DNA of 64,000 bases from Rhodoferax sp. (GTDB taxonomy: Bacteria; Pseudomonadota; Gammaproteobacteria; Burkholderiales; Burkholderiaceae_C): assembly GCF_028689295.1 (NCBI RefSeq), contig NZ_JAQTWL010000005.1, positions 82,579-146,578 of the forward strand. The letters run 5' to 3'. Positions within the stretch are counted from its first letter, which is position 1. Each line of letters opens with the position of its first letter. Both the position numbers and the translations under genes were made by a program. Below the pieces are notes generated by a model. That model searched no databases, was not told the origin of the DNA, and worked only from the letters and a program-made list of their open reading frames with translations. Below, piece after piece: positions 19,713 through 28,844 of this stretch.

Positions 19713-20141
19713 ATGGGCAACAAACTTTACGTCGGCAATCTGCCTTATTCTTTCCGTGATGATGATCTGCAACAAGCTTTTGCAGCCCACGGTACCGTCA
19801 CCAGCGCCAAAGTCATGATGGAACGTGACACCGGTCGCTCCAAAGGCTTCGGCTTTGTTGAAATGGCCGATGATGCGCAAGCACAAACCGCTATTGAAGC
19901 CATGAATGGCCAACAATTCGGTGGCCGCGGTCTCGTGGTTAACGAAGCCCGTCCCATGGAACCGCGTCCTCCCCGTTCGGGTGGCGGCGGCTTCGGTGGT
20001 GGCGGCGGTGGCGGTGGCTACGGTGGTGGCGCTGGCGGCGGCCGCTCAGGTGGCGGCGGCTACGGCGGCGGTGCTGGCGGTGGCGGTAGCCGCTCCGGTG
20101 GCGGCGGCGGTGGTTACGGCGGTGGCCGTAGCAGCTACTAA
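19713..20141 (+). CDS. RRM RNA-binding protein with glycine-rich tail
   Basis: RNP2 LYVGNL, RNP1 KGFGFVEM; GAGGAG RBS; C-terminal G/Y/R/S-only tail. Confidence 0.95.
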   Translation: MGNKLYVGNLPYSFRDDDLQQAFAAHGTVTSAKVMMERDTGRSKGFGFVEMADDAQAQTAIEAMNGQQFGGRGLVVNEARPMEPRPPRSGGGGFGGGGGGGGYGGGAGGGRSGGGGYGGGAGGGGSRSGGGGGGYGGGRSSY

Positions 20142-20150
20142 GCTGATACA

Positions 20151-20182
20151 AACAAAAAGGGTCCTTCGGGGCCCTTTTTGTT
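20151..20182. terminator. Bidirectional intrinsic terminator
   Basis: AACAAAAAGGGTCC-TTCG-GGGCCCTTTTTGTT between convergent genes. Confidence 0.9.
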
Positions 20183-20964
20183 TAGAGCAGTTTGTCTGTC
20201 TCGCGCGGTTTGCGCGGACGTCCGGCAAACAGGCGGTCGAACACCGCGTTGGGCAGAAGTCGCATCAACTTGGCCACCACACCCATTTGCCACGGGATCA
20301 CGCGGTAGCTGCAGCCTGCGGCAATGGCACGAACCGCTTTCTCGGCAAAAACTTCAGGCTGCATTAGGAACGGCATGGTGTACTGGTTGTTTTGCGTCAG
20401 CGGCGTGGCGATGTAGCCCGGGCACAGCGTGACTACCTTGACACCGCTCATGCTCAGTTCGCCGCGAAGGCTCTCGCAATAGCTGATTACTGCGGCCTTG
20501 CTGGCGCAGTAGCCGCCATGACCTGGCAAGCCGCGAATGCCAGCCACGCTGCCAATGCCCACCAGCGTGCCTGTGCCGCGCGCCACCATCGGAGCAATGA
20601 ACGGGCCGAAGGTGGCTGCTGTACCCATCACATTGGTTGCCAGAATGCGTGCCATCACGGCAAAGTCATCGGGCACCGACGAATCCACGCCGATGCTGAT
20701 GCCCGCGTTGGCGATCACCGCATCGGGCAGCCCCTGCCGCGCCATGCACATCTGCGCCATGTGGGCCATCTGCCCGACGTCGGCGACATCCGCGCTGTAA
20801 ATGACATAGGTTTCGGGGCTAATGGCGTTCTCATTCAGCCAGGCCTGCATCGCATCGCCGCGCCTGGCCACCAAAGCGAGTTGATATCCCAGTCGGGCGT
20901 AGTGCAGGGCCATGGCCTGACCAATACCACTGGAAGCGCCGGTGATCAGGACCAATGGCATCAT
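20182..20964 (-). CDS. SDR family oxidoreductase
   Basis: TGASSGIG, ANAG, YCASK motifs. Confidence 0.9.
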   Translation of the reverse strand: MMPLVLITGASSGIGQAMALHYARLGYQLALVARRGDAMQAWLNENAISPETYVIYSADVADVGQMAHMAQMCMARQGLPDAVIANAGISIGVDSSVPDDFAVMARILATNVMGTAATFGPFIAPMVARGTGTLVGIGSVAGIRGLPGHGGYCASKAAVISYCESLRGELSMSGVKVVTLCPGYIATPLTQNNQYTMPFLMQPEVFAEKAVRAIAAGCSYRVIPWQMGVVAKLMRLLPNAVFDRLFAGRPRKPRETDKLL

Positions 20965-20978
20965 GACTTGCGCTGTGT

Positions 20979-21593
20979 TCAAGGCATCCTGGCGGGGACC
21001 AGCTGACCCCGCACGCGCCCGGTCAGCAGCATGACGCGATCCTTGTTGTCGTAGTCCATGCTGTTGGCCGTAAAACGGTCCTGGCCACGGGTGAGTTCGA
21101 CAGGTTTGTTCGATATGACGCGCTCGGTTTCCATGAAGGCGTGCAAAAACTCGCCCCTGAAGGTTAAGGCCGGCTGGTCCCTGCCGCTTGTGTCGCGGCT
21201 GGGCTGGCGCTCCACCAGCGCCTGCCCGATGAGTCGGACTTCCGATGCATCGCTATTGCTGATGGCCTGCAGCGCCGACGCCGTGGTCAGCTCACCCACT
21301 TCGTTGATGGCGCGGATGAGAACCCGGTCAATTTCAAGTGTGTCGGTGTCCGGGTAATGGTGCGCTTGGGTTCCGGTGATTTCACTTTTGAGTTGGCCAC
21401 TGGCATCAAAGGTTTTGACAGAAAACTGGCGCATGAAGTAATCGGGCAGATGTTGTACCGGCGCCGCCGGGTGGGGTGGCTCAATGGTGGGCGTGCTGCG
21501 CACCAGCCAGTAGGTGGCCATGGCCAGCAGCCCCATCAGCAACACCGGCAAATACAGCGTCAGTTGATCGAACAGGTTGCGCAACCTGTTCAT
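20979..21593 (-). CDS. lptC: LPS export protein LptC
   Basis: Single N-terminal TM, PDYFMRQFSVKTFD, beta-jellyroll-like C-terminus; located downstream of kdsD-kdsC. Confidence 0.88.
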   Translation of the reverse strand: MNRLRNLFDQLTLYLPVLLMGLLAMATYWLVRSTPTIEPPHPAAPVQHLPDYFMRQFSVKTFDASGQLKSEITGTQAHHYPDTDTLEIDRVLIRAINEVGELTTASALQAISNSDASEVRLIGQALVERQPSRDTSGRDQPALTFRGEFLHAFMETERVISNKPVELTRGQDRFTANSMDYDNKDRVMLLTGRVRGQLVPARMP

Positions 21594-22135
21594 TGCAAGG
21601 CTTCCTGCAGTAAGTTGGCATATCGGCCGCTGGCGACCAGAAGCAGGTCGCACAGCTCGCGCACAGCCCCCTTACCGCCTGTTTGTCGGGTCACGTAATG
21701 GGCGCGGGCCAGCACCTCGGCCTGGGCGTTGGCGGGGGCGCAGGCGAAGGCGGAACTGGTCAGTATCGGCAGATCGGGCCAGTCGTCGCCCATGGCGGCG
21801 GCCTGCTGCCAGTCCAAGCCCAGCGCCTTGAGGCTGAGCTCGGCGGCGGGGCGCTTGTCTTCGGTGCCGAAGTGGGCGTGCTCGATGCCCAGCGCAGATA
21901 GCCGCAAGCGCAGCGCCTTGCTGTCGCGCCCGGTGATCATCACCGGCGTGATGCCGGCGCGTTGCAGCAATTTGAGGCCGTGGCCGTCGAGCGTGTTGAA
22001 GCACTTGAGCATTTCGCCGTGTTCGGAAAAATACAGCCCGCCGTCGGTCAGCACGCCATCGACATCGAAAAAGACGACGCGAATGCCCTGCGCCTTGAGT
22101 AGCAATTCTGGGGGGAAATTGAGTGCCGGGGCCAT
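21590..22135 (-). CDS. kdsC: KDO 8-phosphate phosphatase
   Basis: FDVDGVLTDG, GDDWPD, GGKGAVRELCD motifs. Confidence 0.95.
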   Translation of the reverse strand: MAPALNFPPELLLKAQGIRVVFFDVDGVLTDGGLYFSEHGEMLKCFNTLDGHGLKLLQRAGITPVMITGRDSKALRLRLSALGIEHAHFGTEDKRPAAELSLKALGLDWQQAAAMGDDWPDLPILTSSAFACAPANAQAEVLARAHYVTRQTGGKGAVRELCDLLLVASGRYANLLQEALQ

Positions 22136-23136
22136 CAGATCACCTTGGCCCGCATCAGGTCGTTGCTGTTGAGCGCGCCGCACAATTTGCCCTCGGCATC
22201 GAGCACCAGCACGCTGGTGATGCGGCGCTGCTCCATCAGTTCGGCGGCATCCACCGCCAGCGCATTGCAGCTGATCGTGGCGGGCTTCGGGTGCATGACA
22301 TTCTGCGCGGTGCTGTTGCGCAAATCAACGCCTTTTTCAATCAGGCGGCGCAGGTCACCGTCGGTAAAGATACCCTGCACCTGGCCGCCGGCGTCCACCA
22401 CGGCGCTGGCGCCCAGGCCTTTGGCGCTCATCTCGCGCATCAGTTCGCTGAAGCTTGCCTGCAAGCCAACGCGGGGCACTTGGTCGCCGCTGCGCATGAC
22501 GTCGCTCACCAGCGTGAGCAGCTTGCGCCCCAGTGCGCCGCCGGGGTGCGAGCGGGCAAAGTCTTCAGCCTTGAAGCCGCGGGCATCGAGCAGGGCCACG
22601 GCCAGCGCATCTCCCAGCGCCAGTTGCGCGGTGGTGCTGGCGGTGGGCGCCAGATTGAGCGGGCAGGCTTCCTTGGCGACATTGCTGTTCAAAAAGCAGT
22701 CGGCGTAGCGCGCCAGGGTCGAGCCGACATGACCCGTCATGGCCACCAGCGGCGCGCCCAGGCGCTTGATCATGGGCAGCACGGCGGTGAGTTCTTCGGA
22801 CTCGCCGCTGTTGGAAATGGCCAGCACCACGTCCACCGCCTTGATCATGCCCAAGTCGCCGTGGCTGGCCTCCGCGGGATGGACAAACATGGCCGGGGTG
22901 CCGGTGGAAGACAGCGTGGCGGCAATCTTGCGGGCAATGTGGCCACTCTTGCCCATGCCCATCACCACCACGCGGCCCTGCACCGCGAACATCAAGCGCA
23001 CCGCCTTCACAAAATCGGAACCGATGTGCTGCCTGAGGCCGAGCAGGGCGGCCGCCTCGATGTCGATCGTTTCATGCGCCAGCGCCACGGCGCGGGCCGC
23101 ATCAAATGTTGGGGCAGGGGTGGGTTGAGTCGTCAT
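22135..23136 (-). CDS. kdsD: Arabinose 5-phosphate isomerase (KpsF/GutQ family)
   Basis: GMGKSGHI, HPAEASHGDLG, EACPLNLAPTAST, HPGGALG, C-terminal CBS pair. Confidence 0.96.
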   Translation of the reverse strand: MTTQPTPAPTFDAARAVALAHETIDIEAAALLGLRQHIGSDFVKAVRLMFAVQGRVVVMGMGKSGHIARKIAATLSSTGTPAMFVHPAEASHGDLGMIKAVDVVLAISNSGESEELTAVLPMIKRLGAPLVAMTGHVGSTLARYADCFLNSNVAKEACPLNLAPTASTTAQLALGDALAVALLDARGFKAEDFARSHPGGALGRKLLTLVSDVMRSGDQVPRVGLQASFSELMREMSAKGLGASAVVDAGGQVQGIFTDGDLRRLIEKGVDLRNSTAQNVMHPKPATISCNALAVDAAELMEQRRITSVLVLDAEGKLCGALNSNDLMRAKVI

Positions 23137-23194
23137 GGCAGCATTCTATCGGCCAGGTCTCATAAAAAGGTCTTGCGCTTGGTAGTATCAGGGG

Positions 23195-25186
23195 GTGAAC
23201 CCACTTGATTTAACCCTGTTGTATTTGCTCGCCGCCGTGCTCGGCGTGGTGGCCTGCCGGTACCTGAAACTGCCGCCCATGCTGGGCTATCTGACGGTGG
23301 GCGTGGTGATCGGCCCAAACGCGCTGGCGCTGGCCAAGAACGCCGATGGCGTGCGCCATCTGGGCGAATTTGGCGTTGTTTTCCTGATGTTCGTGATTGG
23401 GCTGGAGTTCAACCTGCCCAAGCTGCGCAGCATGCGCAACCACGTGTTTGGCCTGGGCCTGTTCCAGGTGGCGCTGACCATGCTGGTGACCACGGCGTTC
23501 AGCATGGCGTTTGCCGTGCTGGCGCCGACCCATTGGGGCATGGACTGGCGCACCGCGCTGGCCTTGTCCAGCGCCATGGCCATGAGCAGCACCGCGGTTG
23601 TGGTCAAGCTTATGAGCGAGCGGCTGGAGATGGAGACCGAGCACGGCAAGCGCGTCATGGGCGTGCTGCTGTTTCAGGATCTGGCTGTGGTGCCGCTGCT
23701 GGTGCTGATTCCGGCGCTAAGCGCCTCGCCAGAGCAGATGGTGGAAACGCTGGCCTGGGCGTTGTTCAAGGCCAGCGCGCTGATCGCCGTGCTGCTGGTG
23801 GGTGGCCCGCGCATCATGCGCTGGTGGCTCACACTGGTGGCGCGGCGCAAGAGCGAAGAGCTGTTTGTGCTCAACCTGCTGCTGGTCACGCTGGGACTGG
23901 CATGGCTGACCGAGTTGGCGGGGCTGAGCCTGGCGCTGGGCGCGTTCATTGCCGGCATGCTGATTTCAGAGACCCAGTTCAAGCACCAGGTGGAAACCGA
24001 CATCCGGCCGTTTCACGACGTGCTGCTGGGCTTGTTTTTCATCAGCATCGGTATGATGCTGGACTGGCGACTTGTGCTGGAGCGCTGGCCGCTGGTGCTG
24101 TTGCTGGTCACGGTGCCGGTGCTGTACAAGGCGCTGGTGGTGACTTTTTTGACGCGCGCCCTGGGCTCGACCATGGGCGTGGCCTTGCGCACCGGGCTGT
24201 ATCTGGCGCAAGCCGGGGAGTTCGGTTTTGTGCTGCTGACGCTGGCGCAGGCCAACAAGCTGGTGCCGCCCGAGCTCCTCAATCCGATTCTGGCGGCGAT
24301 GGTGCTGTCGATGCTGGCGACCCCCTTTATTGTGATGCGCAGCAACCAGATTGTCATGAAACTTGTCAGCAACGAGTGGCTGATGGAGTCGGTGCAGATG
24401 ACCAGCATTGCGCGCAAGTCGATCATGGCCAACAAGCACGTCATCATTTGCGGCTATGGCCGCTGCGGTCAGAATCTGGCGCGCATGCTCGACAAGGAGT
24501 CCATTCCCTACATTGCGCTCGACCTCGACCCCGACCGGGTGCGCCAGGCCGCCGTAGCCGGCGACTCGGTAGTGTTCGGCGATGCGGCGCGGCTGCAGGC
24601 GCTGATGGCGGCCGGCCTGGCGCGCGCCAGCGCGGTGGTGGTCACCTACCTGGAAACCCCCAGCGCCATGAAGGTGCTGGCTCACATCAAGGAGCACGCG
24701 CCGCAGGTGCCAGTGGTGGTGCGCACCCAGGACGACCACGACCTGGAGGCGCTGCAGCAGGCGGGCGCCACCGAGGTGGTGCCCGAAGCCATTGAAGGCT
24801 CGCTGATGCTGGCCAGCCACGCGCTGGCGCTGGTGGGCGTGCCGATGCGCCGCGTGATCCGCATCGTTCAGGAGCAGCGCGATGCCCGATACAAGCTGCT
24901 GCGCGGCTTCTTTCGCGGCGCCGATGATGGCGCCGTGGATGAACTGCAGCAGGAACGCTTGAGTTCGCTCAGCCTGCCGATGAGCGCCAGGGCGGTTGGG
25001 CGTACTCTGGGCGATCTGGCTTTGCCCGTGCTGGAGGTTCGGTTGGTGAGCCTGCGCCGCGCCAACGGGCAGGCGATGCCCCTGGGGGATGATCTGATGC
25101 TGATGGATGGCGATGCGCTGGTGCTTTCGGGCAAGGCCGAAGCGCTGGAGCAGGCCGAGCGCGCGCTGCTCAAGAGCGGCTTCTGA
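23195..25186 (+). CDS. CPA2-family cation:proton antiporter with TrkA-N/TrkA-C domains
   Basis: Multi-TM N-terminus, LLFQD motif, ICGYGRCG Rossmann-like KTN domain; GTG start. Confidence 0.92.
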   Translation: MNPLDLTLLYLLAAVLGVVACRYLKLPPMLGYLTVGVVIGPNALALAKNADGVRHLGEFGVVFLMFVIGLEFNLPKLRSMRNHVFGLGLFQVALTMLVTTAFSMAFAVLAPTHWGMDWRTALALSSAMAMSSTAVVVKLMSERLEMETEHGKRVMGVLLFQDLAVVPLLVLIPALSASPEQMVETLAWALFKASALIAVLLVGGPRIMRWWLTLVARRKSEELFVLNLLLVTLGLAWLTELAGLSLALGAFIAGMLISETQFKHQVETDIRPFHDVLLGLFFISIGMMLDWRLVLERWPLVLLLVTVPVLYKALVVTFLTRALGSTMGVALRTGLYLAQAGEFGFVLLTLAQANKLVPPELLNPILAAMVLSMLATPFIVMRSNQIVMKLVSNEWLMESVQMTSIARKSIMANKHVIICGYGRCGQNLARMLDKESIPYIALDLDPDRVRQAAVAGDSVVFGDAARLQALMAAGLARASAVVVTYLETPSAMKVLAHIKEHAPQVPVVVRTQDDHDLEALQQAGATEVVPEAIEGSLMLASHALALVGVPMRRVIRIVQEQRDARYKLLRGFFRGADDGAVDELQQERLSSLSLPMSARAVGRTLGDLALPVLEVRLVSLRRANGQAMPLGDDLMLMDGDALVLSGKAEALEQAERALLKSGF

Positions 25187-25251
25187 CGCCTGGAGCTCGT
25201 GGCGCTCGTGGCGCGGGGCACAATATGACTTTTGATTGATCTGGACAACTT

Positions 25252-25806
25252 ATGCTGAATGTCAGTGTGCCCCACTACCTGCGCGAGCACATCCGCACCG
25301 TGCCCGACTGGCCCGCGCCAGGCGTGCAGTTTCGCGACATCACGCCGCTGCTGCAGGACGCCAAGGTGTTCCGGGTGCTAATCGATGCCTTTGTGCACCG
25401 CTACATGGACCCCGCGCGTCGCCCCGACGTGGTGGCCGGGCTCGATGCGCGCGGTTTCATTCTGGGTGCCGTAGTGGCTTATGAACTGGGTGTGGGCTTC
25501 GTGCCGATCCGCAAAAAAGGCAAGCTGCCCTTTACCACTGTCGAGGAAACCTACGAGCTGGAGTATGGCAGCGCCACCGTCGAACTGCACACTGACGCCG
25601 TCAAACCAGGCCAGCGCGTGCTGCTGATCGACGACCTGATCGCCACCGGCGGCACCATGATGGCGGGCAAGAAGCTGCTGGAAAAATTGGGCGCCGAGGT
25701 GACCGAGGGCGCCGTGATCGTCGATTTGCCCGAGCTCGGCGGCTCCGACAAGCTGCGTGCAGCAGGTCTGACGCTGTTCACCCTGGTTGATTTTTCTGGC
25801 CATTGA
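25252..25806 (+). CDS. apt: Adenine phosphoribosyltransferase
   Basis: [37 protein letters not shown] motif. Confidence 0.97.
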   Translation: MLNVSVPHYLREHIRTVPDWPAPGVQFRDITPLLQDAKVFRVLIDAFVHRYMDPARRPDVVAGLDARGFILGAVVAYELGVGFVPIRKKGKLPFTTVEETYELEYGSATVELHTDAVKPGQRVLLIDDLIATGGTMMAGKKLLEKLGAEVTEGAVIVDLPELGGSDKLRAAGLTLFTLVDFSGH

Positions 25807-25829
25807 GGCCGATTGATGCGCGTCGCCAG

Positions 25830-26105
25830 ATGAAAGACCATTACGCCGCCCTGGACCTGCGCCCGTCTGCCACGCTGGCCGACATCAAAAAAGCCTTTCG
25901 ACAGCAGGCTGCCATTCACCACCCCGACCGCAACAGCGCTGCTGATGCCGCGGCACGCTTTCGGCTCGTACAGACGGCCTACGAGGTGCTGTCAGACCCC
26001 GACAAGCGCAAGGCTTATGATGACAACCGCCAGCGGAACCTGCTCGACAGCCCGCTCGACACCGCACGCGTCATTTGGCAAGATTACTTCAGCCGCATTG
26101 TTTGA
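25830..26105 (+). CDS. Minimal J-domain protein (91 aa)
   Basis: DHYAALDL...IKKAFRQQAAIHHPDRN...AYEVLSDPDKRKAYD with intact HPD; only about 25 aa beyond the J domain. Confidence 0.92.
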   Translation: MKDHYAALDLRPSATLADIKKAFRQQAAIHHPDRNSAADAAARFRLVQTAYEVLSDPDKRKAYDDNRQRNLLDSPLDTARVIWQDYFSRIV

Positions 26106-26698
26106 TGCCTTACCCCACACCCGAGAACGCCATGAGCATGTCCGCTTTTTTCCGCGCGCTGCGCACCTCCTACCAGGCCGAGATCGACGATCTCTCATTT
26201 GACTCGGAGGGTCGCAATGTGCTGCGCCAGCGCCTGTTGGAAAAGCGCGGGCAGATCACGTTCCTGAAGCAGATGATGGAGCTCAGCCCCGAGATGGTCG
26301 CCGTCATTTTTCATGGCGGCTTCCACTTTGAAGAGCCGGCGGTGATGGAGCAGGTGCTGACGCTGGAGTCCGATGAATTTCCCGACTGGAGCAGCCTGGG
26401 TGACGCCGTGCAGCTGACCCCTTGGGCGCAGGAGCTGGCTGATGCCTTGTTGCCGGAACCGCAGGGCGATTGGTTCATGGTGGTCGCGTCGGCGCTGGAG
26501 TATTTGTACCACCGGCCCTCGCCGCATCAGCTCGAAGCTGCGGCGCATGGCGATGAATCAGAGAGTGAACACGGCGCTACCCGTCGCCGCGACCATGGCG
26601 ATGATTTTGACAAGGACGACGAGCGCCATCACGACCAAGACCATGACGAAGCCAGCGCCCAGTGGCTGGAAGACCAGGGCTTTGACCGCAAGGAATAA
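26105..26698 (+). CDS. Hypothetical protein with Asp/Glu/His-rich tail
   Basis: TGATG overlap with J-domain gene; host-like codon usage; no recognisable family motif. Confidence 0.8.
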   Translation: MPYPTPENAMSMSAFFRALRTSYQAEIDDLSFDSEGRNVLRQRLLEKRGQITFLKQMMELSPEMVAVIFHGGFHFEEPAVMEQVLTLESDEFPDWSSLGDAVQLTPWAQELADALLPEPQGDWFMVVASALEYLYHRPSPHQLEAAAHGDESESEHGATRRRDHGDDFDKDDERHHDQDHDEASAQWLEDQGFDRKE

Positions 26699-26743
26699 GG
26701 TGCGTCAAGCACAACGACAACATTGAAACCAAGGGAATATCGT

Positions 26744-27487
26744 ATGCAGCATTTGGCCTTGATTGAAAAAACCCGGTCCCTGATTGCCGCCGGCGACATC
26801 GTCGGTGCCGAGTCTGCGTTGGTCGAACTCGCCGACCGCGAAGGCGACGGCGCGCTGATGGAGGTGCTGCAACAGTTGCCGCCAAAGGACGTGCTGGCGG
26901 TGATTCGAGAGTACGACGGCTCGCGCGCCTCCATCATCAACCTGATGCTCACACCCGAGCAGTTCGCCCGCGCCGTGGTCATTGAAAAACAGTACCGCGA
27001 CCTGACCCGCAGCCATTTGCGCGGCATGATGAACTCGATCATTTTCCGCGACGGCGCCGACCCGCTGGCCTTCATCAACGCCATCGGCGACCTAGAAGGC
27101 GGCGCCGAGGCGTTGGCCGACTATTTTGAAGAAAAATGGAGCCGCATCGAGGCCTTTGCCCGCACCGGCACCTTCGACACGGTCGAGGACGACGGTGCCG
27201 TCCTGTCCGAAGACGACTTGCGCGCCAACGCCTATGCGAGCGCCCGGCTCGACCAGGATGAAGTGGCCGACTCCGACTGGATGCAACTGGCCTGGCTGCT
27301 GCGCTACGAAAACCCTGACCTGTTCATTGAAATGCTGCTGGTGCTGCGTGCCAAGGCTCGCGCTTTCGAGCTGGGTCTGGATGAAGAGGACATGGCCGAG
27401 GACGACGGCAAGTTTGAAACCAGCGCCACCGACCGCGGCCAAGCCACGCCCGCCGCCATCGACCCCGACGAAGAATCCGCGATTTGA
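26744..27487 (+). CDS. Hypothetical acidic alpha-helical protein
   Basis: 247 aa, host-like codon usage, AAGGGA upstream of ATG 26744. Confidence 0.82.
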   Translation: MQHLALIEKTRSLIAAGDIVGAESALVELADREGDGALMEVLQQLPPKDVLAVIREYDGSRASIINLMLTPEQFARAVVIEKQYRDLTRSHLRGMMNSIIFRDGADPLAFINAIGDLEGGAEALADYFEEKWSRIEAFARTGTFDTVEDDGAVLSEDDLRANAYASARLDQDEVADSDWMQLAWLLRYENPDLFIEMLLVLRAKARAFELGLDEEDMAEDDGKFETSATDRGQATPAAIDPDEESAI

Positions 27488-27512
27488 GCCTTGCGCCTTG
27501 CCACTGATTCCC

Positions 27513-28730
27513 ATGACGCCGCCCAAGCCTGAAGCCACCCATGGCGTGTCGCTGTTCGACGCGCGGCCCTTCTTTGAGAAGGCCGTGTCCTACGGCATGC
27601 AGCACGGTCTGCTCGACCCGGTCAAACTGGCTGCCATGGCCGAGGAGGCGGCCAAGGGCATGGTGCAGATTGCGCACTATTTCGGCAGCGAGTATTTGCG
27701 CCCCGAACTTGAAAAGGCGCGCGACCGGCTGGTCAACCTGGTCAGTCTGCACCTGCAGGACGCCAGTCAGGGCGACCTGCGCGTGGCCGCCGAACTTCTG
27801 CGCGACCACTCCCTGCTGTCGCGCTCCAAGGCCGGCTCCGACCTGCTCAAGGCACTGATCGTGATGCCGCAAAACACCCACTTTGGCATGAACGAGCGCG
27901 GGGCTTTTAGCGACCGCCACTTGCCGCAACTGGCGCGCTGGTCGCTGGCCAGTTATGGCGACTACCAGGCCGAGTTTCTGGCGCGCCAGCACGCCGTGCA
28001 GGTGGTCGAGGCTGCGCTCTGGTACGCCGACCAGTTGGGCCTGTCGGCCGACGACCTGCAAGACGCCGAGCCCGATGCCGAGGCCGTCATCCGCACCGCA
28101 CTGCTGCTCAACATGGCGCGACGCAAGGAGTTACCCGATTGGGTTGCTTTTGAAAAACTGATCGTGGCGCTGCGCCAAAAGCAGCCGGCGCCTGAGCTGT
28201 TGGAGCTGCCCAAAAACCTGCCCGAGGCTTACCATGCTGTGGTGGAGACCGTGCGCCAGTCGGTGCTGGCGGACTGGCCGCGCTTGCTGGATAGGCGCCT
28301 GTCGCCGCGCAAGCTGTTCGACCAGACGCCTGCTTTCATGGGCCGCTACTTCTGGCTCGAAGACGCCTTGAGCGAAGTCGGTCAACATGACCGGAGCCGC
28401 TCAGCCGCCTGGGACAAGCTCACCCAGGGCCACAGCGATGATGGCACCGTGCTCACGCTTTGCCTGTGCGTGGCCACCGGCAGCGCGCTCAAAACCCTGT
28501 TGACCGACAAGACCGCCGCCACGCTGGTGCGCAAAATTCGCAAACACGCCTGGCAGCCGGAGTTGGCCACCCACTATCTGCAGGCGCATGCGCCGGAGCA
28601 GCATCTGGATGATTTCATCAGTCTCTGGCAGGATTTTGTCCATGAGTCGCAGGCAACCCTGCTCAGCGACCGTGACGGGAAGCTGCAAGACGCGCTGGCG
28701 CTGCTGCGCCGCGAGTGCAATGTGGCCTGA
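27513..28730 (+). CDS. Hypothetical alpha-helical protein (about 405 aa)
   Basis: Track ORF 27126..28730 trimmed to ATG 27513 so it does not overlap the previous gene; host-like codon usage from there on. Confidence 0.82.
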   Translation: MTPPKPEATHGVSLFDARPFFEKAVSYGMQHGLLDPVKLAAMAEEAAKGMVQIAHYFGSEYLRPELEKARDRLVNLVSLHLQDASQGDLRVAAELLRDHSLLSRSKAGSDLLKALIVMPQNTHFGMNERGAFSDRHLPQLARWSLASYGDYQAEFLARQHAVQVVEAALWYADQLGLSADDLQDAEPDAEAVIRTALLLNMARRKELPDWVAFEKLIVALRQKQPAPELLELPKNLPEAYHAVVETVRQSVLADWPRLLDRRLSPRKLFDQTPAFMGRYFWLEDALSEVGQHDRSRSAAWDKLTQGHSDDGTVLTLCLCVATGSALKTLLTDKTAATLVRKIRKHAWQPELATHYLQAHAPEQHLDDFISLWQDFVHESQATLLSDRDGKLQDALALLRRECNVA

Positions 28731-28756
28731 GTTGCCGGGTTAGAATTCAGCCCGCT

Positions 28757-28844
28757 GGAAGCGTGGCAGAGTGGTCGATTGCACCGGTCTTGAAAACCGG
28801 CAACCCGCAAGGGTTCGTGAGTTCGAATCTCACCGCTTCCGCCA
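28757..28844 (+). tRNA. tRNA-Ser (anticodon TGA)
   Basis: GGAAGCG...CCGGT CTTGAAA ACCGG, long variable arm AACCC-GCAA-GGGTT, GTTCGAATC T-loop, CGCTTCC GCCA; 88 nt. Confidence 0.97.

Noticed and set aside
19978-20135. GGC/GGT repeat tract as a possible CRISPR or satellite
   Set aside because: Coding low-complexity glycine tail; no repeat-spacer structure. No CRISPR array was seen anywhere in the window.
25195-25212. GCTCGTGGC x2 tandem repeat between the antiporter and apt
   Set aside because: Two copies only, GC-rich; no other copies noticed.
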